Positions 29,341 to 39,286 are shown, counted from the stretch's first letter. The stretch: DNA of 64,000 bases from Candidatus Falkowbacteria bacterium (GCA_018674305.1 JABHAL010000002.1:1286-65285); one strand, 5' to 3'. Notes: generated by a model not told the origin, from the sequence alone. Made by a program: numbers and translations.

Positions 29341-30858
29341 TTATTTACGGATAAATAGTGGTTCACCTTTTTCAACCTTAGTTCCGGGTTTAATTCGGCC
29401 GACTTTTGTAGCTTCTTCATAAGCTAATTCGTCTTCGCCGAGACGCATTAGAATTTCCGCGCTCGTTTCTGGAAGAATTGGCTTAAGTAACCAACCTAAG
29501 TGACGAAGTATTTCTAGAAGATTATATATCACTTGATCAAGTTCGGTTTGCTTATTTTCCTTTCCAAGAACCCACGGCTTTGTTTTATCAATGTATCCAT
29601 CACACCAGCTAATTACATCCCAAACTTCTCTCAGGTTTTCAAAAATCTTATAATCCGTAAAACCTTTATCAATTTTTTGCCAGGTTTTTTTTAAATCCAA
29701 GTTAGTGTCAAACTTTTTGTTCGGAACCTTTGAATCACAATACTTTTCAGCCATACTTAAAACACGACTAGTAAGATTACCGATGCCATTCGCCAAATCA
29801 GCATTAAACTTAACTGGAAACTCATCAACTTTCACATCACCGTCCTGGCCAAATACAAATTGAGAAATTATTAAATAACGAGCCGCATCAGCTCCGTATT
29901 CCTCAACCAGGTCATTGGGGTCAATGACATTACCCAACGTTTTACTCATTTTTTTTCCGTTTAAGGTAAAGAAGCCATGCACAAACAGTTCTTTTGGTTG
30001 TTCAATCTCAGCAGCCAGAAGCATTACCGGCCAAATAATACAATGAAATTTCAAAATGTCCTTTGCTAATAAATGCGTATCAGCCGGCCAAAACTCTTTG
30101 AAGTTTTCTCCCGAAGGAAACCCAAGAGCTGAGATATAATTGATCAAAGCGTCAACCCAAACATAAATTGTTTGCTTTTTATCAAACGGGACCGGAATTC
30201 CCCAATCAACATTTGCGCGACTAACAGCAATATCTTCCAAACCGTGTTCAATAAAACTTAACACCTCTTTCTTTTTGTCAGCCGGTAAAATCTTAATCTC
30301 ATCTGACTCAATCTTTTTCTTTAATACATCTGCATAGTCAGACAACTTTATATACCAATTTTCTTCAGACAATGTTTGAGGTTCTTTGTTATGATCAGGA
30401 CATTTACCTTCTACCAAATCATCTTCTTTTTTATATGCCTCACAACCAACACAATACAATCCTTCATAAGTGTCCTTGAAAATAAAATCGTTACCCTTCG
30501 GCGTTTTTGCGGATTTTAACTTTGTCAGAACCTCACCAACCACTTTTTCATGTCGATCTTCAGTTGTACGAATAAAATCATCAAATGAAATATTTAATTT
30601 TCCCCAAGCCGACTTAAACTCAGCAGAGACCTCATCCACAAAAATCTGTGGCTCCTTGTTTTCTGCTTTTGCTGACTGAGCGACCTTGGCACCATGTTCA
30701 TCAGTCCCAGTCAAAAACCAAACCTTATCGCTTCCAAGTTTGAAACGATTATAGCGAGCCAACACATCTGCAACAATTGTAGTATAGGCATGTCCAATGT
30801 GTGGCTTGTCATTTACATAGTAAATGGGAGTTGTAATGTAAAATTTATTTTTTTCCAT
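29341..30858 (-). CDS. metG: methionyl-tRNA synthetase (short form)
   Basis: HIGH-type motif PHIGHAYT, KMSKT and a CxxC...CPDH zinc knuckle. The start is placed at MEKNKFYITT. Confidence 0.85.
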   Translation of the reverse strand: MEKNKFYITTPIYYVNDKPHIGHAYTTIVADVLARYNRFKLGSDKVWFLTGTDEHGAKVAQSAKAENKEPQIFVDEVSAEFKSAWGKLNISFDDFIRTTEDRHEKVVGEVLTKLKSAKTPKGNDFIFKDTYEGLYCVGCEAYKKEDDLVEGKCPDHNKEPQTLSEENWYIKLSDYADVLKKKIESDEIKILPADKKKEVLSFIEHGLEDIAVSRANVDWGIPVPFDKKQTIYVWVDALINYISALGFPSGENFKEFWPADTHLLAKDILKFHCIIWPVMLLAAEIEQPKELFVHGFFTLNGKKMSKTLGNVIDPNDLVEEYGADAARYLIISQFVFGQDGDVKVDEFPVKFNADLANGIGNLTSRVLSMAEKYCDSKVPNKKFDTNLDLKKTWQKIDKGFTDYKIFENLREVWDVISWCDGYIDKTKPWVLGKENKQTELDQVIYNLLEILRHLGWLLKPILPETSAEILMRLGEDELAYEEATKVGRIKPGTKVEKGEPLFIRK

Positions 30859-30859
30859 A

Positions 30860-31504
30860 TTATTTTTTTGGCGAAATAACAACTGTAAACTCACCTTTTT
30901 CTTTTACTTGTTCTAGAATTTCTTCAGCTGTACCTCTATATATTGTTTCAAATTTTTTAGTTAATTCACGAGCAACTACAATTTGTCGATCTTCTTCAAG
31001 TTCAGTTTTCAACTTTTCTAGTGTTTTAATGATTCTGTGTGGTGATTCATAAAAACAAACTGTATATTTTGAATTTTTCATTAAGTCTAACGTCTTTTGT
31101 TGCCCCTTGCGAGGCATAAATCCTAGAAACAGGAACTTATCGGTTGGATAACCTGAAATTGATAAAGCAGAAGCTACTGCGCTTGGTCCTGGAATTGGAC
31201 AAACTTCATACCCAGCTTCAATTGCTAATTGAACTAATTTACCACCAGGATCAGAAATTCCTGGGGTTCCAGCATCGGACACATAAGCGATGTCTTCATA
31301 TTCAGCAATCAGCCTTTCAATTTTTTCTTCTGATGAATGCTGATGTAAGCTGATTAGCTTTTTCTTCAATTCAAACTTTTCAACCAACTTTCTAGTTTGC
31401 CGGGTATCTTCACAAAGAATAACATCTACATTTTTCAATACTTCAATTGCACGTAATGTCATATCCTGTAAATTTCCAATTGGGGTTCCAACAATGTAAA
31501 TCAT
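30860..31504 (-). CDS. rsmI: 16S rRNA (cytidine1402-2'-O)-methyltransferase RsmI (tetrapyrrole-methylase fold)
   Basis: MIYIVGTPIGNLQDMTLRAIEVLKNVDVILCEDTR is the typical RsmI N-terminus. Confidence 0.8.
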   Translation of the reverse strand: MIYIVGTPIGNLQDMTLRAIEVLKNVDVILCEDTRQTRKLVEKFELKKKLISLHQHSSEEKIERLIAEYEDIAYVSDAGTPGISDPGGKLVQLAIEAGYEVCPIPGPSAVASALSISGYPTDKFLFLGFMPRKGQQKTLDLMKNSKYTVCFYESPHRIIKTLEKLKTELEEDRQIVVARELTKKFETIYRGTAEEILEQVKEKGEFTVVISPKK

Positions 31505-31556
31505 ATTAACTAAATTATAGCAAAATTTAGCAATTTGTCCATGTATCCCACGGCAC

Positions 31557-31585
31557 TTGACAAGATTATAGATTTATGCTATAAT
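31557..31585 (+). promoter_or_regulatory. consensus promoter TTGACA, 17 nt, atGcTATAAT
   Basis: -35 at 31557-31562 and -10 at 31580-31585 with an upstream TGn. It has the same architecture as the promoters at 488 and 11568. Confidence 0.55.
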
Positions 31586-31591
31586 GTGGCT

Positions 31592-31767
31592 ACATGTTTC
31601 ATAGAAAAAACTATTGTCGAAAAAAGGAGGTGAACCATGGGGGCATGGCGGAGAAATACCGCAGTTGGTCAAAGTTAACTCGGTGTAACGAGTCACAGGC
31701 CAATAAGCCCAACAATCTACAGAAACAACACATCGCGCCCCGATCAACGTCGGGGCGCACTATTTTT
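31592..31767 (+). ncRNA. short transcript unit of ~175 nt containing a 13-codon SD-led ORF and ending in a strong terminator; candidate sRNA or leader peptide
   Basis: AAGGAGGTGAACC-ATG opens MGAWRRNTAVGQS* (31637..31678). The terminator is gcgccccga-tcaacg-tcggggcgc plus TTTTT at 31735-31767. GC is elevated. Confidence 0.4.
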
Positions 31768-31785
31768 AAATTATCCACAATCGTA

Positions 31786-31814
31786 TTGACTCTCGTAATT
31801 TGACATGATATTAT
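31786..31814 (+). promoter_or_regulatory. second promoter TTGACT, 17 nt, TATTAT
   Basis: -35 at 31786-31791 and -10 at 31809-31814. It drives the GC-rich ORF-free segment 31820-32110. Confidence 0.45.
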
Positions 31815-31819
31815 ATAAA

Positions 31820-32110
31820 AGCCTTTTGAGGAGAAAGGCAAAGGTAAAACTGATTTTGAAAACTGAAGGAGGGAATCACGCTTAAACCTACAATTAGAGC
31901 GAGTAATTAAGGTCAAATGGCCTTACCACTACGAGTTGACGTCAACGTAACGTCCCGTAGGGAAAAAAACAAAGCACCGCGCTAGGCACACAATCTTTGG
32001 AAAGAGGAATAGACAGCTTGTCTGTCAATCCCGATAAGGCAACCTGTCATCCACAAGATGAAAGGAAAACAAGATTGGTCCAATAAAGCCGGTGCATTTT
32101 TTTACAAAAA
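31820..32110 (+). ncRNA. candidate noncoding RNA of ~290 nt, GC-rich and ORF-free; unclassified
   Basis: No plus-strand ORF. Contains the perfect palindrome gttgacgtcaac plus several hairpins. It lies antisense-downstream of a minus-strand gene terminator. Confidence 0.3.
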
Positions 32111-32116
32111 ATTAAA

Positions 32117-32150
32117 AGGAGACTTTTTGTTGCAAAAAGCCTCCCTTGAT
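32117..32150 (-). terminator. terminator of the 87-aa Cys-rich gene
   Basis: ggaggcttttt-gcaac-aaaaagtctcc followed by a T-run on the minus strand. Confidence 0.45.
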
Positions 32151-32160
32151 AACGTATCAT

Positions 32161-32424
32161 TCACCTAGCACATTCTTCACACTGACCACAATCACATTCG
32201 TTAACATTAATTTCCCTGATTGGCCGAATCATTACAGTTTCTTCAATATTAACTAGCGCACCTGTTTCGACATGAACAGCACAACAAACTTCACCTGTTT
32301 CTCCATCAATCAACTGATGACGTTCCGGAATTTTCAGAAACAAATCCTCCTGAGTGCCAGACTCATTAAGCTTAAACAACGTTGTACCATGCTCCTCCGC
32401 GTCAAGATCAGCAAAACAGATCAT
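32161..32424 (-). CDS. small acidic protein with a C-terminal CDCGQCEEC cysteine cluster
   Basis: 87-aa ORF; a probable metal-binding site at the C-terminus. Confidence 0.4.
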   Translation of the reverse strand: MICFADLDAEEHGTTLFKLNESGTQEDLFLKIPERHQLIDGETGEVCCAVHVETGALVNIEETVMIRPIREINVNECDCGQCEECAR

Positions 32425-32550
32425 TCAATTCCTCCGAAAAAAGGTTAACCTTGCTTTTAAAACATATCTGAGTAATACCTAATACTAACAGGTTTCTAAG
32501 AAAATGTCAACTCTTTTAAAATCAATCAGACTTGCTATAATAAAGACACT

Positions 32551-33429
32551 ATGAAATCCAAGCGTAACAAAACTATAAGCGTCACAAAAGAGGATGAAAA
32601 AAACTTTCCAGTTTTTAAAATACACAATACCCAACCTCCAAGACCAAATTTAATCAACAAACTTTTTTATGGAGACTGCATTAAAGAGATGTCTAAATTA
32701 CCAGACAGTTTTGTTGACTTAATCGTAACTGACCCACCCTACACCATACGCAAAGATTTCGGTAAAGGCACCGTCACCACGAAAGAAAAAGAATTTATAA
32801 CCTGGTGCGAAAACTGGATTGAACAATGTTTTCGAATACTCAAGCCAAACGGTTCAATTTATATTTGCATAAACTGGGAAGCTTCAACTATTATTGAAGC
32901 TATCTTAAAAAACCATTTCATAATTCGCAATCGCATTACATGGAAGAGAGACAAAGGGCGCGGCGCCAAAAAGAATTGGAAAAATAACATGGAAGATATC
33001 TGGTTTGCAACCAAGGGCGATGATTACACTTTTAATTTAGAGGCTGTTAAAGTTAAAAAAGCTGTTATCGCCCCATACGTTGACAAAAAAGGAAAACCAA
33101 AAGATTGGCAGGAAGTTGATGGCAAGAAATTTCGTATGACTCACCCATCCAACATTTGGACTGATTTAACGGTCCCCTTTTGGTCAATGCCGGAAAACAC
33201 TGAACATCCTACCCAAAAACCGGAAAAACTTATTGAAAGAATTATACTAGCAAGTTCGAACAAAGGGGAATTAATTTTTGATCCATTCATGGGCTCTGGA
33301 ACAACCGCTGTAGTTGCTAAACGACTAGAACGAAACTACTTAGGCTTTGAAATTGAAAAACGGTTTTATATTTTGGCTCAGAAACGACTCAAAGCATTGA
33401 ATCAACTCCGCGAAAGCATAGGCATTTAG
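32551..33429 (+). CDS. beta-class amino (N6-A or N4-C) DNA methyltransferase
   Basis: Motif IV DPPY (LIVTDPPYT) precedes motif I FDPFMGSGTT, the beta permutation. No restriction endonuclease gene is adjacent. Confidence 0.75.
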   Translation: MKSKRNKTISVTKEDEKNFPVFKIHNTQPPRPNLINKLFYGDCIKEMSKLPDSFVDLIVTDPPYTIRKDFGKGTVTTKEKEFITWCENWIEQCFRILKPNGSIYICINWEASTIIEAILKNHFIIRNRITWKRDKGRGAKKNWKNNMEDIWFATKGDDYTFNLEAVKVKKAVIAPYVDKKGKPKDWQEVDGKKFRMTHPSNIWTDLTVPFWSMPENTEHPTQKPEKLIERIILASSNKGELIFDPFMGSGTTAVVAKRLERNYLGFEIEKRFYILAQKRLKALNQLRESIGI

Positions 33430-33667
33430 AAGTTCAAAACAATAAACAATTTATTACTTGGGGTCTAGGGCGGAGTTCGCCGAAGCAGACGCTTCAAACA
33501 TGCCAAGACCCACGCGATTTGAGCCCCAGCGCTTTTTGCGCTACTTTTTGGCGCCAAAAAGTAGCAAAATAAAAAACGACTCTGCCTCTTCAAATAAAAA
33601 ACACTTTTTATATCCTGAAACAAGTTCAGGATGACAAAAAGTGTTTTTTTGTTGCTGAAAACTAAAC

Positions 33668-34180
33668 TTACTCTGGTTCAGGACCTACTGGATCTGGACT
33701 TATAAAATCTTCTGCTTTCTCCTTTAATTCCTGTATGTCCTCGTAAGTATCCTTGGCTTTTTCATAGCCCTCTTGTACATCCTCAATTGTCTCTTTGGCC
33801 TGTTCATACTTCTGCTGAAGATCCTCAAAATTTTCTTTAGTCTCGCCAATCAACTGTTCTCCCTGCTCAATCCCCTGTTTAACATCTTCTTTTCCTTGTG
33901 GTAAAATCTTTTCAATCTGTTCCTTTTTATTATAGTAATCATCCACTATGTTAGTTTTTATACTCCGCACAAAATAAAAGATAACAAGAATAGCAAGACA
34001 CAACACAATAAATATCATCCAGCAACACATCTTGTTCGTTGAATGTTTTCTTTTTTCTTTCTTGCTATCATTCGACTCACGTTTCGAATCTTTCAAATGC
34101 TTTCTCTTTTCTTCCAAATACTGATGGTTTTCCACTGCAAAATCTATCTCTCGTTTTATTTTTTCATTTGAATGTTTCAT
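33668..34180 (-). CDS. membrane-anchored coiled-coil protein
   Basis: Charged N-region, one TM helix (CCWMIFIVLCLAILVIFYFV), then E/K/Q-rich heptads. Confidence 0.4.
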   Translation of the reverse strand: MKHSNEKIKREIDFAVENHQYLEEKRKHLKDSKRESNDSKKEKRKHSTNKMCCWMIFIVLCLAILVIFYFVRSIKTNIVDDYYNKKEQIEKILPQGKEDVKQGIEQGEQLIGETKENFEDLQQKYEQAKETIEDVQEGYEKAKDTYEDIQELKEKAEDFISPDPVGPEPE

Positions 34181-34752
34181 TTTTCACGAATACTTAAATC
34201 ATAAAGAATTTGTTGCGCTTTTTGTAATGACCGTTTAGCTTGATCAAACTTAGTTCGCAAGTAACCCCCGTAATTGTACTGCATAAGTTCATGAATAATA
34301 CCATCTATAACTTCAGAGGCCTTTTTCACTTTTTCAATCTCACCTCTAGTCGTCCAAAGAATCATCATTCGAACAATTTCCCCAGTCAAATCTGACAAAC
34401 CCCCAATATATTCATCTGGCAACACAAAAAATTCTTCAACACCATCAATTTTTCTCCCTTCAATAAAGTCACTAAATAATTTAGCTTCTACATATTCTTC
34501 TACTGCCGCCTTCCAAGCACCTTCAATTCGGAGCTTACCATCTTTCCCAAAACGCTCTTCTAAACTAATAAGTCCTTTTTTTGACTCTTTAATTTTTTCT
34601 TCGGCTTCAGCCTTATTATCTCTTTGTAAAGCAAAAATTGCCTGTTTCGCTGATTGTAAGGCACCTGAACTTTCACCGATAATCTTTCGTCTGGAGATGT
34701 CATATTCAGTTTGACCTTGCAACACACCTTGCCAGAATTTTTTATTAAGCAT
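34177..34752 (-). CDS. hypothetical all-helical protein
   Basis: 191-aa ORF whose stop overlaps the start of the downstream gene. Confidence 0.35.
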   Translation of the reverse strand: MLNKKFWQGVLQGQTEYDISRRKIIGESSGALQSAKQAIFALQRDNKAEAEEKIKESKKGLISLEERFGKDGKLRIEGAWKAAVEEYVEAKLFSDFIEGRKIDGVEEFFVLPDEYIGGLSDLTGEIVRMMILWTTRGEIEKVKKASEVIDGIIHELMQYNYGGYLRTKFDQAKRSLQKAQQILYDLSIREK

Positions 34753-34843
34753 AATAATTATGAGTAGTAAGTGATGAGCCCGCCTAATGACAGGCAGGTA
34801 GTGAGTGATATATTTAAACCAGTTACTATTTACACTTTACTCT

Positions 34844-35839
34844 TTACTTTAAATATTTATATTTATTAGTTACATGTTCATCGTGATTTTTACTGTAAAT
34901 TATATCGCCTTCAGGAGTATTCAAAAAATACCAATAATTAGTTTTTTCAGGATACACCACCGCCTTAATTGCTTCAATACTAGGATTACAGATTGGACCT
35001 GGTGGCAATCCTGGATATTTGTATGTGTTATACAAACTATCAACCTGAGTATCCACTAAACTCGGAGCAGCAATCCCCTTGTCAGTTACAAAATTTACAG
35101 TAGCATCGGACTGCAAGGCCATACCAATCTCCAATCGCTTATTAAAAATATCAGCAACCACTTGCCGGTTCTTATAACCAAACATTTCTTTCTCAACTAT
35201 ACTTGCCAAAGTCACAACTTCAAAAACAGTCTTGCCCTGTCTTTTTATTTCTTTTCGTATTTCATCAGTTAATTTTGAGTCAAAGTTACTCAACATTTTT
35301 TCAGCAATCTTACCCACAGAACTATTTTGATACACTCGATAAGTATCAGGATATAAATATCCTTGTAAGTCAGCGGACCTTGGCTTATCAATCAAAAAGA
35401 AAAAACTTTTGTCATTAAATTTATCACTATATTCAATTAACTCACCGGCTTTAATTAAACCTTCACTTGCCAGAGACTCGTCCATTTGTTCCACACTCCA
35501 TCCTTCCAGTAACGTAAATTCAGTTTCTTTTGCGGCACCCATTGTTTCAGTTAAAAAATTCGCAATTTCTTTCAAGCTAAGGTCTGTACGTAGCTCAAAA
35601 GTACCGTCAACAAACTCAGATCTTTTGCCCGAAGAGGCTACATAGACCTTGAACCAAAATGGGCTCTTAATAAAACCTTGGGACTGTAAATTGTCTGCAA
35701 TAGCTTCAACACCCTGCCCTTTTTCAATAATAAACTGCCTTTCTCCAAAAGCATTATCATGTGTAGTATTAACCTGCTGATAAAAATAAATTATAAAAAT
35801 TAAGAATATGACGACAATTACACCAACAACTTTTCTCAT
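34844..35839 (-). CDS. mltG: endolytic murein transglycosylase MltG (YceG family)
   Basis: N-terminal TM helix plus the YNTYKYPGLPPGPICNP signature. Confidence 0.8.
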   Translation of the reverse strand: MRKVVGVIVVIFLIFIIYFYQQVNTTHDNAFGERQFIIEKGQGVEAIADNLQSQGFIKSPFWFKVYVASSGKRSEFVDGTFELRTDLSLKEIANFLTETMGAAKETEFTLLEGWSVEQMDESLASEGLIKAGELIEYSDKFNDKSFFFLIDKPRSADLQGYLYPDTYRVYQNSSVGKIAEKMLSNFDSKLTDEIRKEIKRQGKTVFEVVTLASIVEKEMFGYKNRQVVADIFNKRLEIGMALQSDATVNFVTDKGIAAPSLVDTQVDSLYNTYKYPGLPPGPICNPSIEAIKAVVYPEKTNYWYFLNTPEGDIIYSKNHDEHVTNKYKYLK

Positions 35840-35842
35840 ATA

Positions 35843-36925
35843 TTATAAATATTTATTCATGTTATTTTCTTTAAGTTTTTCCACAACCTTTTTTACCTTT
35901 TGAGCTTTTCCTTTGGGACAGATCATCAGCACATCCTCTGTGTCAACTACAACTAAGTCCTCGATTTCAATGCCCACAATTAGTTTATCACTCTTGCTAT
36001 AAATCAAACAGTTTGCACTATCTTGACTGATATAATTACCATTTATCACATTACCATTTTTGTCACTTTTAGATTTCTGAGATTCATGTAACACATCAAA
36101 AGCACCAACATCACTCCAACCAAAATCACCCTTAATAATCAAAACATCTTTAACATCAATCTTTTCAGTTATAGCATAGTCAAAAGAAGTTTTTTCCATT
36201 TGTGAAAAAGCCAAATTAACTTTACCTAAATCATTTTGCTTAAAAGCTTCTACCATTTGTTCTAAGTATAAATAATGTCCTGGACAATATTTCTCAAAAG
36301 CCTGTAAAATTTTTCTTGGTGTCCACATGTAATAATTAGCATGCCATAAATAATCTCCAGCTGCTAAATATTCTTTTGCCACCTCAAATTCTGGCTTTTC
36401 AACATGTCCTTTGAATTCATAAACCTCAATCCCATTATTAGCCTCAACTTTTTTACCAATTCGGGTATAACCAAGAACTGTGCTAGGGAAAGTTGGCCAA
36501 ACAGCAATGTCCAACATTTTTCCAGTATCACGAATCAACTGATCCGCCCGTTTAATCATCCTAATAAATTTAGTAGTATAACTAATATAATGATCTGAAG
36601 GAATAAAAGCAATTGGTTCATCCGGAAATTCAATTGACAACTTTGCGGCCACAAAGCCCATAGCAGCAGCAGTATCCCTTTTTTCTGGTTCAATAATGTA
36701 GTTTTGTTCTGGAATATCTGGAACCAAACTTTTTGCTTGGCTCAACAGCTTATCATTTAAACAAACATAAATATCATTGACATCAAAATCATTACGAAAC
36801 CGGTCAATGGTTGTTTCATACAAAGTTTTGTCGCCTACAAGACGACTGAACTGCTTGGGTTTATTTTGTCGACTAAGCGGCCAAAGTCGGGTTCCTCCAC
36901 CTCCAGCCAAAATGACTATTTTCAT
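35843..36925 (-). CDS. sugar-phosphate nucleotidyltransferase (mannose-1-phosphate guanylyltransferase-like)
   Basis: MKIVILAGGGGTRLWPLSR GxGxRL motif; C-terminal left-handed beta-helix region. Confidence 0.7.
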   Translation of the reverse strand: MKIVILAGGGGTRLWPLSRQNKPKQFSRLVGDKTLYETTIDRFRNDFDVNDIYVCLNDKLLSQAKSLVPDIPEQNYIIEPEKRDTAAAMGFVAAKLSIEFPDEPIAFIPSDHYISYTTKFIRMIKRADQLIRDTGKMLDIAVWPTFPSTVLGYTRIGKKVEANNGIEVYEFKGHVEKPEFEVAKEYLAAGDYLWHANYYMWTPRKILQAFEKYCPGHYLYLEQMVEAFKQNDLGKVNLAFSQMEKTSFDYAITEKIDVKDVLIIKGDFGWSDVGAFDVLHESQKSKSDKNGNVINGNYISQDSANCLIYSKSDKLIVGIEIEDLVVVDTEDVLMICPKGKAQKVKKVVEKLKENNMNKYL

Positions 36926-36966
36926 ATATATAAAATTTACTGTAAATTTAAGAAAAAATCAAGTTT

Positions 36967-37782
36967 TTATTTAACTAATAGCCAAATTAACAACAATAAT
37001 GCTAACCCTAATCTATACCAAGCAAACACATTTAGCTTGTTCTTCTGCAAGAATTTCATCAAAAACTTTATTACTATATAACCGACAACAAATGAACTCA
37101 AAAAGCCAATAATAAACAAAGCCATTTCAACTGGCGGTAGTTCGCCCCATTCTATATCCAAAAACTTAAATAAACCCGCGCCTAAAACCACAGGCACACT
37201 CAAAAGGAAGGAAAATCGAGCGGCTTCATAACGCTTCATTTTTGTACTCATTCCTGCTACAATAGTTATACCAGAACGAGAAACGCCAGGAATTAGAGCC
37301 AAGGCCTGGGCACAACCGATATAAAATGCCTGCCAAAATCCAATTTCCGAAAAATTCTTTTTCTGTCTAGAAAATCTTTCAGCTGCAAAAAACAGTACTG
37401 AAACTAACACTAACGTAATAACAACTGTCCAGGAATTCCGAAAAACATTTTTAATCTGCTCTTCAAAAAGAAAACCAATTATGGCTGCCGGGATTGTGCC
37501 ATAAATCAAAAGGCCAACTTCGCTTAAATCCTTTTTATTAACCTGGCGATTCGGAATAAATAGCTCCAAAACTGCTACTATATACTTCAGTAATTCAACT
37601 CGAAAGTAAATCACCACTGCCAACAATGTCCCCAAATGCAAAGCCACATCAAACGCCAAACTATCTTGAAGATTAAATTTTAACAAATCGTGAAGAATCA
37701 CCAAATGCCCAGAACTGGAAACTGGAATAAACTCAGTTATCCCTTGAACTATTCCTAAAATTAAAGAGTAAAAATATAACAT
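36967..37782 (-). CDS. uppP: undecaprenyl-diphosphatase
   Basis: BacA/UppP family: eight TM helices and a PGVSRSGITIVAGM motif. Confidence 0.8.
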   Translation of the reverse strand: MLYFYSLILGIVQGITEFIPVSSSGHLVILHDLLKFNLQDSLAFDVALHLGTLLAVVIYFRVELLKYIVAVLELFIPNRQVNKKDLSEVGLLIYGTIPAAIIGFLFEEQIKNVFRNSWTVVITLVLVSVLFFAAERFSRQKKNFSEIGFWQAFYIGCAQALALIPGVSRSGITIVAGMSTKMKRYEAARFSFLLSVPVVLGAGLFKFLDIEWGELPPVEMALFIIGFLSSFVVGYIVIKFLMKFLQKNKLNVFAWYRLGLALLLLIWLLVK

Positions 37783-37876
37783 ATTATACTATCAGCAAGA
37801 CATGTAAGACGAGCAAGACGAGTTTGATCAAAAAACTTGTAACGCTTGTTTCACTTGTCTCGCTTGTCTCGCTCGT

Positions 37877-38305
37877 ATGAACTATCAACTTATTATTGTG
37901 CCGCTAATGGCGGCAATTATTGCTCAACTTATTAAATTAATTATCAACGGAATTCAAGACAAATTTTCCTGGAAAGACTTGAACAGTTATGGTGGGATGC
38001 CCTCATCTCACGCAGCCCTAGTCACAGCATTATTTGCTATCACCGGCCATTTCGAAGGCTGGGATAGTGCTGCTGCCGCATTAGCTTTAATTCTAGCAGT
38101 AATTGTAATTCGCGACGCAGGTGGCTTTAGAATGGTATTAGGTCGACACGCACAAGAACTAAATCTTTTAGTTCATGGCCTTAAGTCAGCCGAAGGCGCC
38201 AAGTTCAACCACTTAAAAGAAAGACTTGGCCACACTCCACTTGAACTATTTTTCGGTGCCTTAACTGGGGTATTGATTGTAGTTTTATATATTCTAATTT
38301 TTTAG
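37877..38305 (+). CDS. divergent PAP2 / DUF212 family membrane protein
   Basis: The GGMPSSHAA motif is typical of DUF212. Confidence 0.6.
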   Translation: MNYQLIIVPLMAAIIAQLIKLIINGIQDKFSWKDLNSYGGMPSSHAALVTALFAITGHFEGWDSAAAALALILAVIVIRDAGGFRMVLGRHAQELNLLVHGLKSAEGAKFNHLKERLGHTPLELFFGALTGVLIVVLYILIF

Positions 38306-38310
38306 CTTCC

Positions 38311-39180
38311 TTATTTCTGACATTCAGGACAATAGCTGGACGTACGTCCGGCTATTTTTATTCTTCTCAACTCAGAGTTCTCACACATCAAACAAGGTTT
38401 TCCAACTCTACCGTAAACTTTCAAAAACTTTTGAAATCCTCCAAGTTGTCCTTCACTATTCAGATAATTGCTAAACGAAGTTCCTTGATATTTTATAGCT
38501 TTTTGTAAAATTTTTGTTGTATTAATAAATATTTTTTTTCTTTCAACCTTGCTCAAGGTTTTTATCCGTCTTTGTGGTTTAACGCCTGCGGCGAAACAAG
38601 TTTCATCAACGTAAATATTACCTAAGCCTGAAATGTCCTTTTGTTCAAGAAGCAGTACTTTAATCATTTGGTTTGGGCGTTTACTCAAGACTTTATTAAA
38701 ATATTCAAAAGTATAATCTTTATCAATTGGTTCAACCCCATACCGTGCTTTTGCTTGTTCCATTTCAAGTTTATCAACTAATTTCAAATAACCAAATTTT
38801 CTTACATCATTAAAATATAGTCGCGAACCATCAATAAAGTCAAACTGTACTCGCGTAAATTTATTTGGCAAAACTTCTTGATTTTGAATAGGATGCCCAC
38901 CTGCCACCAGACTACCCTTACTCGACTGGTAAACTAATTGCCCAGTCATTATCAAATGAACTAGTATAAAATCGTCGCTTGTTATTTTAAAAATCAACAA
39001 CTTTCCCTTTCTTTCGATATCTTTAATTTTCTCATCTTTCAATAATTTAATAAACTTCCCGGCATTTGGGGAAATTTTATTTTTAAAACTGGATTCAATC
39101 CAAACTCTTTTAATTTTTTTATTTAAAACTTTAGAAACTAAACCCAGACGAATTGTTTCAACTTCTGGCAATTCTGGCAT
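38311..39180 (-). CDS. mutM: formamidopyrimidine-DNA glycosylase
   Basis: MPELPEVETIRLGL with the catalytic Pro2; C-terminal zinc finger CLMCENSELRRIKIAGRTSSYCPECQ. Confidence 0.85.
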   Translation of the reverse strand: MPELPEVETIRLGLVSKVLNKKIKRVWIESSFKNKISPNAGKFIKLLKDEKIKDIERKGKLLIFKITSDDFILVHLIMTGQLVYQSSKGSLVAGGHPIQNQEVLPNKFTRVQFDFIDGSRLYFNDVRKFGYLKLVDKLEMEQAKARYGVEPIDKDYTFEYFNKVLSKRPNQMIKVLLLEQKDISGLGNIYVDETCFAAGVKPQRRIKTLSKVERKKIFINTTKILQKAIKYQGTSFSNYLNSEGQLGGFQKFLKVYGRVGKPCLMCENSELRRIKIAGRTSSYCPECQK

Positions 39181-39286
39181 AGAACACAAATATCGCACAA
39201 ATATTGCACCAATATTACGCAAATATTATTACAATATTGGTTAAATATCTGTCTAATCTCTGTTTAATATTTCATAAACTTAAAGC

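Noticed and set aside
31592-32110. tmRNA or RNase P RNA identity for the promoter-driven non-coding transcripts
   Set aside because: No GGAUUCGAC / T-arm / CCA-end architecture (tmRNA) and no GGAAAGUCC ... ACAGAA-CCGGCUUA P4 elements (RNase P) could be found by eye. Left unclassified.
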